NCBI RefSeq assembly: GCF_000009705.1
Contig: NC_003272.1
Coordinates: 1,380,001 to 1,412,000 of the forward strand
Length of the DNA: 32,000 nucleotides
Direction: 5' to 3'
From: Nostoc sp. PCC 7120 = FACHB-418
GTDB taxonomy: Bacteria; Cyanobacteriota; Cyanobacteriia; Cyanobacteriales; Nostocaceae
Under the pieces are notes generated by a model. The model made no database searches. It worked only from the letters and a program-made list of their open reading frames with translations, and was not told where the DNA came from. How positions within the stretch are numbered: position 1 is the first letter of the stretch; each line of letters begins with the position of its first letter. Shown here in pieces: positions 25,266-32,000 of this stretch. Made by a program: the position numbers and the translations under genes.

Positions 25266-25320
25266 GCCTACGGCATCTCTTACGTTCGCGGTAGCGTGTC
25301 GTAGACAGAGGCTAACGCCA
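25266..25320. repeat. Small GC-rich dispersed-repeat-like element in an AT-rich spacer
   Basis: GCCTACGGCATCTCTTACGTTCGCGGTAGCGTGTCGTAGACAGAGGCTAACGCC contains CTACG/CGTAG inverted segments. It resembles the short intergenic repeat families common in Nostocales genomes. Only one copy is in the window, so its repeat status is from recollection. Confidence 0.35.
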
Positions 25321-25423
25321 ACAAAATTCAAAACAGCCACAGCCACCCATAAGGAGTGATTTTTTAAAACTAACTTGTTCTCTAAAAAAGAATTTATATA
25401 TAATATTTTATATTTGAGTATTG

Positions 25424-25451
25424 AATTTATTAACTAATTAGTTAATAAATT
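25424..25451. other. Perfect 28-bp AT-only palindrome
   Basis: AATTTATTAACTAATTAGTTAATAAATT equals its own reverse complement. It lies in the spacer between the convergent kinase and DUF2808-like genes. Confidence 0.9.
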
Positions 25452-25466
25452 ACATTTTTTCAATTT

Positions 25467-25511
25467 AAGAGTCAGATATCAGATAAATTTGATTTCTGAT
25501 TCCTGACTCTT
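25467..25511. terminator. Compound hairpin at the 3' ends of two convergent genes (no clear U-tract)
   Basis: AAGAGTCAG (25467-25475) pairs with CTGACTCTT (25503-25511). An inner ATCAG/CTGAT stem is also present. It lies 18 nt beyond the stop of the minus-strand gene 25529..26032. Confidence 0.35.
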
Positions 25512-25528
25512 AATTGCTTACGTATATA

Positions 25529-26032
25529 CTAATTCTTATCATAAATATCAATTCTGGCTGTACCAACAGGAATCTGTCCTGTTAATCCAACCCTTCTAGC
25601 AGTTACGCCGTAAAGTAGTACGTCTTGACCTACGCCATTTCTTCGTACACCTGTTAGTTCTACTTCTACGGAAGCGCCAGATGTTACAGGTTCATCAAAA
25701 GTGATTGACAAATTATCTTTACTAATCTCTGTTTTAGCTGAAATTGCTTTACCTGACTGATCCCTAATTCTTACTCCATTGAAACGTTCCATTTGACTTG
25801 GTAATGAGATCATGAGGTCTTGCAAAGACATACCCACTACCTCCAGCCGAATGAAGTGATTACCATTGCGGACACCAGAGTTCGTAATATGGGGAACGTT
25901 AATATTTAGCGCCACCTGAGATAATTTATTTATATTTGAATCAGGCTGTTCATGTTTTACAGGTATAGCTATAGCTACAGCAGATGTAGAAAATATAAGA
26001 GCAGATAAGCTACCGCAAATTAGAATTTTCAT
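25529..26032 (-). CDS. DUF2808-like secreted cyanobacterial protein
   Basis: 167-aa ORF. The signal peptide is MKILICGSLSALIFSTSAVAIA. The layout HFIRLEVVGMSLQDLMISLP...VRIRDQSGK...ITFDEPVTSGASVEVELTGVRRNG...LLYGVTARR...GTARIDIY matches my recollection of DUF2808 proteins. Confidence 0.55.
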   Translation of the reverse strand: MKILICGSLSALIFSTSAVAIAIPVKHEQPDSNINKLSQVALNINVPHITNSGVRNGNHFIRLEVVGMSLQDLMISLPSQMERFNGVRIRDQSGKAISAKTEISKDNLSITFDEPVTSGASVEVELTGVRRNGVGQDVLLYGVTARRVGLTGQIPVGTARIDIYDKN

Positions 26033-26196
26033 GATGCAATTTTCATTTTTAGGTGAATTACTTGCTTGGTGTTAGTCAAGCAGTGTAATTAACAGATTGC
26101 TTCATGAAGATGAATTCAAGCTGATATATAAATTAAAGCAGTATGAAATTTGATGATCAATAATCTTATAAAAATCAGCATGGTTTTGAGAAGTTG

Positions 26197-26240
26197 GAAA
26201 TTTTCTCAGCAAAAACTTAAAATTTCTTCAGGAAAAACTC
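26197..26240. promoter_or_regulatory. Tandem 22-bp direct repeat, a candidate response-regulator binding site
   Basis: GAAATTTTCTCAGCAAAAACTT (26197-26218) and AAAATTTCTTCAGGAAAAACTC (26219-26240) match at 17 of 22 positions in phase. It lies about 165-210 bp upstream of the DUF2808-like gene start (26032) and about 555 bp upstream of the OmpR-type regulator. Confidence 0.3.
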
Positions 26241-26360
26241 ACTTTTATCATGACCGTTTATGTTAGCCTGATCAATCAAGAATTTTTAGCAAAATTTATA
26301 TACAGAATTTTCTATATGGATAAAGCGCAAAGCTAAGTCGAATAAGGTAAATAATTAAAT

Positions 26361-26430
26361 GTTTGTAGTGAGAACTTTAGTTCTCTGGGCGAGATGCTCC
26401 GCGAACAAACAAGGACTAGAGTCCTTACTA
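26361..26430. repeat. Small dispersed-repeat-like element with two hairpins
   Basis: GAGAAC-TTTA-GTTCTC (26370-26385) and AAGGAC-TAGA-GTCCTT (26411-26426) are both perfect 6-bp stems. The flanking GTTTGT (26361-26366) and ACAAAC (26405-26410) are complementary. The GTAGTGAG...CTTACTACGAAC style is typical of Nostocales intergenic mini-repeats. Confidence 0.5.
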
Positions 26431-26795
26431 CGAACTGAAGCCTAGTATTTTTACATCACTTGACATCGCTTGGTTTTTTCAAGTCGTTCTACTTATCTGT
26501 TTTCAGGTATTTAGAGGTAGTGTTAAGAATAATTACTGTACTTCACTGAGTTGAGAAATATTGTATTAATAGATGTTTTGAAAGACCGATTCAGAAGCGG
26601 AAATTAATTTTATAGACGAGACTTAGGAAAAAATATCTCATGCCTTTAGGATATGAATCAATAATATTGAATGACTCGGTTGTAGAGATAGCACTGATAA
26701 CCGAGAAACTTAAGTGTCGAGTTATTTCTTAATAAACCCAGAGTTAGTTTAAGATCACATTTTTTTAGACAATTACCAATGATAGGAACAAAAAT

Positions 26796-27482
26796 ATGAC
26801 AACACACATTCTTTTGGTTGAAGATGAAGTTAAATTAGCGCGATTTGTCGAATTGGAACTAAGTAGTGAAGGTTACAAAGTTAGTGTCGCTCATGATGGA
26901 ATTACTGGACTAACCTTGGCGCGAGAGTCAACACCCGATTTAGCGGTTCTTGATTGGATGTTACCAGGACTATCAGGTTTAGAAATTTGTCGCCGTCTGC
27001 GAGCAACGGGTAATTCAATACCTGTAATTTTGTTAACTGCCAGAGACGAAGTGAGCGATCGCGTGGCAGGATTAGATGCAGGAGCTGATGATTATGTAGT
27101 CAAACCCTTCAGTATTGAGGAATTATTAGCAAGAATTCGCGCCCATCTGCGCCGCACTCAAGAAACAGATGAAGACTTGTTGCAGTTTGAAGACCTAAGT
27201 TTAAATCGCCGCACTCGTGAAGTGTTTCGAGGTAACCGAGCGGTTGAATTAACAGCAAAAGAGTTTGATTTATTAGAGTATCTTCTTTCCTATCCCCGTC
27301 AGGTTTTTACCAGAGATCAAATTCTCGAAAAAGTTTGGGGTTATGATTTTATGGGAGATTCCAACATCATCGAGGTTTATATCCGTTATTTGCGGCTTAA
27401 ATTGGAAGAAAATAACGAAAAGCGGCTGGTTCATACAGTACGTGGCGTAGGATATGCACTACGGGAGTATCCCAACAAATAA
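26796..27482 (+). CDS. OmpR-family response regulator (REC plus winged-helix DNA-binding domain)
   Basis: 228-aa ORF. The receiver shows ILLVEDEVKL, DLAVLDWMLPGLSGLE and VVKPF. The winged-helix region is LTAKEFDLLEYLLSYPRQVFTRDQILEKVWGYDF...VHTVRGVGYAL. Confidence 0.9.
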   Translation: MTTHILLVEDEVKLARFVELELSSEGYKVSVAHDGITGLTLARESTPDLAVLDWMLPGLSGLEICRRLRATGNSIPVILLTARDEVSDRVAGLDAGADDYVVKPFSIEELLARIRAHLRRTQETDEDLLQFEDLSLNRRTREVFRGNRAVELTAKEFDLLEYLLSYPRQVFTRDQILEKVWGYDFMGDSNIIEVYIRYLRLKLEENNEKRLVHTVRGVGYALREYPNK

Positions 27483-27673
27483 TTCCCCAGTGAAAAACTT
27501 ACCAATTAAAAATTTATAGTGAAAAAGTGACCAATCACTCAGATTTCCATTGACTACGAACACAAAATCATTAGCAGGGGTTGCTACCGTGTTCCCTGAT
27601 AATTTCAGCTTTTTCTTCCCTGAGAGGCTGGTGTCTAACTTTGTGGCCTTAGTTAAAAGTTTAATGGTTGTAG

Positions 27674-27946
27674 ATGAATATAGGAATAATCGAGCCTTAC
27701 AGTGACGGATTTTTGGAAGTTTTACCAGAAGGTGAAAGCAGCGACTATTGGCAAATTGCCGCTATACATATTAATGGTCAAGCTTACTGCCCTACTCCTC
27801 AGCTTTATCGTTCAGAAAAATTAGCATTAGCAAAAGCTGCGAAAATTTATGATTGGATAGCTGAACACGAAACAGAAATGAGTAATGGAGCTTACTACTG
27901 TTCACCATTGCAACTTATTCTCTGGCAGCAATCGAAAGCATCTTAA
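27674..27946 (+). CDS. Hypothetical 90-aa protein
   Basis: It is an intact ORF with an ATG start in an otherwise gene-free gap, followed by a hairpin. I recognise no motif. Confidence 0.4.
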   Translation: MNIGIIEPYSDGFLEVLPEGESSDYWQIAAIHINGQAYCPTPQLYRSEKLALAKAAKIYDWIAEHETEMSNGAYYCSPLQLILWQQSKAS

Positions 27947-28026
27947 TTGACCTGGGCGTAATGCTAGAGACTATGTTTAAACCCAACACCAGAGCAGCGA
28001 AAATTTAAGCCTAGTTGTACGTTAGG

Positions 28027-28047
28027 GTGTGCTTAAATAAAGCACAC
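28027..28047 (+). terminator. Candidate intrinsic terminator after the 90-aa ORF
   Basis: GTGTGCT (28027-28033) pairs with AGCACAC (28041-28047) around the loop TAAATAA. It is followed by TATTTCTCATTT. Confidence 0.4.
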
Positions 28048-28110
28048 TATTTCTCATTTATGAAGTGACTACTTCCGCTACTAGCTATAATTTCATTTTG
28101 ATTTATCTAT

Positions 28111-28141
28111 TTGCCACAAACATTTTTTGAATTGGTATAAT
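28111..28141 (+). promoter_or_regulatory. Sigma-70-like promoter candidate for the MscS gene
   Basis: TTGCCA (28111-28116) and TATAAT (28136-28141) are separated by a 19-nt spacer, slightly longer than the optimum. The implied start near 28148 would exclude the GTG at 28147 as the initiation codon. Confidence 0.35.
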
Positions 28142-28203
28142 AAAAAGTGTCTGACACTCAATGGTGTAGTAAAATTTTGCAAGAGTTAATAGCAAAATTA
28201 ATT

Positions 28204-29220
28204 ATGATTCAATGGCTTTTACCTATAGGATTGCCCATATTTGCTTTAATAACGGGACTGATTAGTGAAAAATTTATAATTAATAAGTTTAAAAACTTCG
28301 TTTATAAAAAAGAAATACCCGGAAGCCATATAATTTTTAAGTCTCTGCAAGGTATGCTCCTAACTTGGTTCATACTAGCAGGCATTTTAGGCGCAGTTAT
28401 CGCTGCTCCTTTGAAGCCAGACTTTACTAATTTACTGCAAAAAATTATTACAATATTTTTCCTGTCTTCACTGACATTAGTTTTAGCTAGGTTAGTTTCA
28501 GGTTTCATCAGACTATATACTTATAGAACAGAAAGAGCTACGGCGTCTTTAATTTCTAACTTAGCCAAAGCTACTGTTTTAGTTTTGGGTTGCCTAATTT
28601 TGTTACAAACATTAGGAATTGAAATTACACCAATTATTACAACTTTAGGAGTCGGTGGTTTAGCCGTTGGTTTAGCGTTACAAGATACACTAGCAAATTT
28701 ATTCTCTGGCTTTCATTTAATTATTTCTAAGCAAGTTAGAACTGGAGATTATGTCAAATTAGATGCTGGACAAGAAGGTTACGTCACCGATATTTCTTGG
28801 CGTAATACCACAATTAAAGAGTTTTCCAATAATGTAATTATCGTTCCTAATTCTAAACTAGCCTCGGCAATCTTTACTAACTATCATCTACCAGCTAAAG
28901 AAATCACATTAACAATGAATGTCGGTGTTAGTTACGATAGTTATTTAGATCAAGTTGAAAGAGTGACGGTAGAAGTTGCCAAAGAAGTTATGCAGGAGAT
29001 TGCCCCAGAATTAAAAGAACATGAGCCATATATAAGGTTCCATACTTTTGGGGATTTTAGTATAGATTTTACATTATATATGCGTGTCAACGAATACTTT
29101 GACCAGCGTATTGGCAAACATCTATTTATTAAAAAACTACACAAACGCTATCAAGAAAATGGTATTTCGATTCCTTTTCCTGTGAGAAATGTGTATATTC
29201 AAGATCCTAATAACAATTAG
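28204..29220 (+). CDS. Small-conductance mechanosensitive channel (MscS family)
   Basis: The pore-helix and beta-domain signature is LGVGGLAVGLALQDTLANLFSGFHLIISKQVRTGDYVKL...GYVTDISWRNTTIKEFSNNVIIVPNSKLAS. Three to four N-terminal TM helices are present. The ORF opens at the GTG at 28147. I prefer the ATG at 28204 (MIQWLLPIG...) given the promoter-like hexamers. Confidence 0.85.
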   Translation: MIQWLLPIGLPIFALITGLISEKFIINKFKNFVYKKEIPGSHIIFKSLQGMLLTWFILAGILGAVIAAPLKPDFTNLLQKIITIFFLSSLTLVLARLVSGFIRLYTYRTERATASLISNLAKATVLVLGCLILLQTLGIEITPIITTLGVGGLAVGLALQDTLANLFSGFHLIISKQVRTGDYVKLDAGQEGYVTDISWRNTTIKEFSNNVIIVPNSKLASAIFTNYHLPAKEITLTMNVGVSYDSYLDQVERVTVEVAKEVMQEIAPELKEHEPYIRFHTFGDFSIDFTLYMRVNEYFDQRIGKHLFIKKLHKRYQENGISIPFPVRNVYIQDPNNN

Positions 29221-29378
29221 AGAAGAGAAGCAAATAGTTCATATTTCGTTTTTTGTGCATACTTCTGCTATTGTCATCGCTGATTAGTCAGGGTTGCATA
29301 ACTGGCACACGAAGCCAGTAAGACAAGATATTTTAGCGATCGCTTTGCAAACTGCATGAAAATGATTATCATTTAAAA

Positions 29379-30155
29379 ATGAATTTACCAATCATTACTG
29401 TCGTTGCCGGCCCGGCTGGCGGTGGCAAAACTACCTGGATTTGCCAACAAATACGAAACACCACCTCCAATGAAAATATCATTTACTTTAGTCCTGGGAC
29501 TGGCAAAGTTCCCATTGACCAGACACGGCTAGCAGCAGAATTCCCGAAAGTCAAAGTTTTTAGTGATGGACAAGAAATCGAGTTTTTGTCCGAACTGGCA
29601 ACATCGGGGAATGCTTATATAGAAATAGGGTTTTATTTAGAATTAAACGCCATCCAAACAATATTAGATAATTTACCTTACCAAGCCGTGGCTGTTTTAC
29701 CAGCAAACCTCCCAGACTCCGAATATCATGCTTGGGCCAGAAAAATTATCATTGGTGCAGATATTCAGGCCAGCATCATACCCACGCAAATGTGGCGCGT
29801 ACCCAGCAATGGTCAAGTAATCGACGAAGAGAGTTTAAAAGAGTTTTGGTACGAAATTACTCATGGTGCTTATGGTATAGTTAACCGCGCCAAGGGTATT
29901 TTTGATGTTGCTGATGGTAGGTCACTTTATGCAGATTTTATCGCAGGTATACCTACAATTGATTTTTTGGAATTAGACTTACCCCGCCACTTAGAAGGCA
30001 GACCACAAAGGTTTAGTGGTATAGAGGTATTGGGAAAAAACTTAGATGAGTCGGCAATGAGACAGACTTTGGCAGATTGCTATTTAACAGATGTAGCGAT
30101 CGCACAATACCAAGAACAGGTAACACAAATTTTACTAGAGGAGGGTAGCGAGTGA
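29379..30155 (+). CDS. P-loop NTPase, possibly a divergent CobW/G3E-type GTPase lacking the CxCC metal motif
   Basis: 258-aa ORF. The Walker A motif is VVAGPAGGGKTTW at the extreme N-terminus. The later YIEIGF and the C-terminal RAKGIFDVADGRSLYADF resemble CobW N- and C-domain features. I saw no GCxCC. Its stop overlaps the next gene's GTG (GTGA at 30152-30155). Confidence 0.5.
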   Translation: MNLPIITVVAGPAGGGKTTWICQQIRNTTSNENIIYFSPGTGKVPIDQTRLAAEFPKVKVFSDGQEIEFLSELATSGNAYIEIGFYLELNAIQTILDNLPYQAVAVLPANLPDSEYHAWARKIIIGADIQASIIPTQMWRVPSNGQVIDEESLKEFWYEITHGAYGIVNRAKGIFDVADGRSLYADFIAGIPTIDFLELDLPRHLEGRPQRFSGIEVLGKNLDESAMRQTLADCYLTDVAIAQYQEQVTQILLEEGSE

Positions 30156-30964
30156 AAATAGCAGTTATGTCCTGCATTCATAGTAACTATGAGGCGTTAG
30201 ATGCAGTTTTGTTAGATATTGACCAACAAAAAGCCGACCAAATCTATTGTCTGGGTGACTTAGTAGGATACGGGCCATATCCCAATGCTGTAGTTACCCA
30301 AATTCGCTCATTAGATATTCCCACCTGTGTCGGCTGTTGGGATGAAGATATTGTGGAAGGTTTAAACTCTTGTGACTGTAGTTACCCTTCACTGTTAGCG
30401 GAAAAACGCGGTAAACTTGCTCACGAATGGACACATAAAGAACTCCATCAAGAAAACCAAGAATTTCTTGCCCAATTACCCCACACCTTACGTCAAGACA
30501 ACTTGGTTTTTGTTCATGGTAGTCCCCAGAGTAACCACGAGTATCTGTTACCAGAACTTGACGCTTTTGCCGCCTTAGAAAGAGTATTTTCCACAGACGC
30601 AGATGTACTATTTTGTGGACATACTCATGTACCTTATGTCCGTACCCTAGATGCAGGTAGTTTACAAGTCTCCGTCAAAGGTATGGGAATAGAACAGAAA
30701 GAAATTAACTTTTCTGCTTCAGTAAAACGAATCGTCAATGTAGGTTCAGTGGGAGAACCCAGACACGGGCGACCAAATGCCACCTACGCTATTTATGATA
30801 CAGATACTCAAGAAGTAAATCTCAGAGAAGTACCTTACAACTATCAAAAAACCTGCGCCGCCATCATCGAACAAGGTTTACCCCCCATCTTTGCTTGGCG
30901 TTTAGCCCAAGGCTTGGAATATGCAGAAAGGGCTGATGACCCCACTCATGTTTGTACTCGATGA
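30152..30964 (+). CDS. Metallophosphoesterase-family protein with Cys-substituted metal-ligand motifs
   Basis: 270-aa ORF with GTG at 30152 preceded by GAGGAGGG (30138-30145). The motifs are I SCIHSN (canonical D-x-H), II GDLVGYGP, III GCWDED (canonical GNHD/E), IV VHGSP and V CGHTHVPY. Confidence 0.75.
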   Translation: MKIAVMSCIHSNYEALDAVLLDIDQQKADQIYCLGDLVGYGPYPNAVVTQIRSLDIPTCVGCWDEDIVEGLNSCDCSYPSLLAEKRGKLAHEWTHKELHQENQEFLAQLPHTLRQDNLVFVHGSPQSNHEYLLPELDAFAALERVFSTDADVLFCGHTHVPYVRTLDAGSLQVSVKGMGIEQKEINFSASVKRIVNVGSVGEPRHGRPNATYAIYDTDTQEVNLREVPYNYQKTCAAIIEQGLPPIFAWRLAQGLEYAERADDPTHVCTR

Positions 30965-31068
30965 AGGATATAGGGGATTAGGGATTGGTCAATAGTCTAT
31001 GGTTCTCTTGTCTCCTTACATCCCTAAAGCTTTTTGCAAAAAATAAATTATAAAATCGCAGAATTATT

Positions 31069-31821
31069 ATGAATAAATGGGCAATTTTAAGCGGTATTGA
31101 GGGCAATTTGGCAGCTTATGAGGCTGTAATGGCAGATATTAAGCGCCAAAGTAAACAGATAGAAGCTTTATATATTTTGGGTGATTTGGTGGGGCCAAGA
31201 CCAGAAGTGGAAAAAGTTGTAGAACGAGTCCGCAACCCACTAAACGGTGAGTTAGAACCTCTGGTTTGTAAAGGTTGGTGGGAAGAACAGTGCTTCATTT
31301 TGCATGGTCTTGGCCCCACTGGCGAGGCTGATGATTTACTAGTGCAGTATGGCGGAGAAACAGTTAAGTTACTTTGGGATTCTGTTTCTCGTCAAACGGT
31401 GCAATGGTTAAGAACTCTAGATTTTGGTTTTTTTGAACTAGATTGTTTATTAATTCACGGTACAACTGTATCAATTGATGAAGCATTAACTCCCGATACT
31501 TCACCAATTCAAATGCTTGACCGCCTGACAAGAATGCAGGCAAATAATTTATTTTGCGGTCGTTCTGGTTTAGCTTTTCAATATCACCTTCAAGCTGGTT
31601 CAGTAACTACAGGTATCACAACTCTTGATAGTCCAAAATCCCCGGAAACTATGACCATTTCTCCGCGCCAGATAATTGGAGTGGGTAATGTAGGTAGAAC
31701 ACCAGGTGTAGCAACATACACTCTCTATACTCCCGCTACAAACCATGTAGAATTTAAAACTATCCGTTATGGTATTGGTCAAGGATTTCAGCGTAATTCT
31801 GTTAAAGCTATCTCATCTTAA
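31069..31821 (+). CDS. Degenerate metallophosphoesterase paralogue, a likely pseudo-enzyme
   Basis: 250-aa ORF with the same layout as the upstream gene, but the motifs read I SGIEGN, II GDLVGPRP, III KGWWEEQ, IV IHGT and V CGRSG. Most canonical metal ligands are replaced. Confidence 0.65.
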   Translation: MNKWAILSGIEGNLAAYEAVMADIKRQSKQIEALYILGDLVGPRPEVEKVVERVRNPLNGELEPLVCKGWWEEQCFILHGLGPTGEADDLLVQYGGETVKLLWDSVSRQTVQWLRTLDFGFFELDCLLIHGTTVSIDEALTPDTSPIQMLDRLTRMQANNLFCGRSGLAFQYHLQAGSVTTGITTLDSPKSPETMTISPRQIIGVGNVGRTPGVATYTLYTPATNHVEFKTIRYGIGQGFQRNSVKAISS

Positions 31822-31882
31822 AGTGAGTTATGCCAAATTAATATGAAGCTGCATAGAATAATTGAATGCAGATGCACGCAGC

Positions 31883-31924
31883 GAAAAGTTCTGTAGGAGG
31901 GTTTCCCTCCGTAGGAAACTTTTC
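31883..31924 (+). terminator. Structured element 60 nt downstream of the last gene (two-stem hairpin)
   Basis: The outer stem is GAAAAGTT (31883-31890) with AACTTTTC (31917-31924). The inner stem is GGAGGG (31896-31901) with CCCTCC (31905-31910) around a TTT loop, with an internal loop between the stems. Confidence 0.35.
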
Positions 31925-32000
31925 AAGACAGAGAAACGCGGATAAATCAACGGATTTTATTTTCTGGTGTTCCCTAAAATAACTATAAGCACGTCGGATG

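Noticed and set aside
29379-31821. The P-loop plus two-phosphoesterase trio as an anti-phage defence system.
   Set aside because: No nuclease, SMC-like ATPase, mobile-element or other defence-island context is visible. The proteins are small and look like a housekeeping-style metalloenzyme with accessory-factor set. I kept it as a finding only for its unusual metal-site variants.

Overview
This 32-kb window looks like chromosomal DNA from a filamentous, Nostocales-like cyanobacterium. The evidence is the GCGATCGC (HIP1) octamers scattered through genes and spacers (e.g. 415-422, 1613-1620; roughly twenty counted by eye), tandem heptanucleotide STRR-like arrays, small hairpin-forming dispersed repeats, AT-rich spacers and a high density of sensory kinases. 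I support about 24 protein-coding genes. I saw no rRNA, tRNA, CRISPR array, transposase or integrase.

The most interesting part is 1851-18374, which is a neighbourhood of almost entirely extracytoplasmic or envelope proteins with no assigned function.
- A minus-strand operon runs DUF928 -> CHASE2 hybrid histidine kinase -> receiver-kinase -> Sec-exported TPR-CHAT (caspase-like) protease.
- Across a 577-bp, very AT-rich spacer lie three tandem paralogues of an HExxHxLGF metalloprotease family. One is full length. One is an in-frame 'headless' mini-version. One carries a PEP-CTERM anchor and a 21-bp tandem repeat encoding GWNGYWW.
- A two-partner-secretion TpsA beta-helix protein follows. A convergent ShlB/FhaC-type TpsB transporter faces it and is interrupted by a single in-frame TAG.

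The rest of the window holds:
- a truncated FHA-PAS-GAF signalling gene;
- an MDR-type oxidoreductase;
- an EamA/DMT transporter;
- a GAF kinase;
- a HAMP kinase and an OmpR-type regulator flanking a DUF2808-like gene;
- an MscS channel;
- a translationally coupled trio of a P-loop (CobW/G3E-like) protein and two metallophosphoesterase paralogues, one with Cys-substituted and one with largely ablated metal-ligand motifs.

All family assignments come from motif reading by eye, with no searches run.
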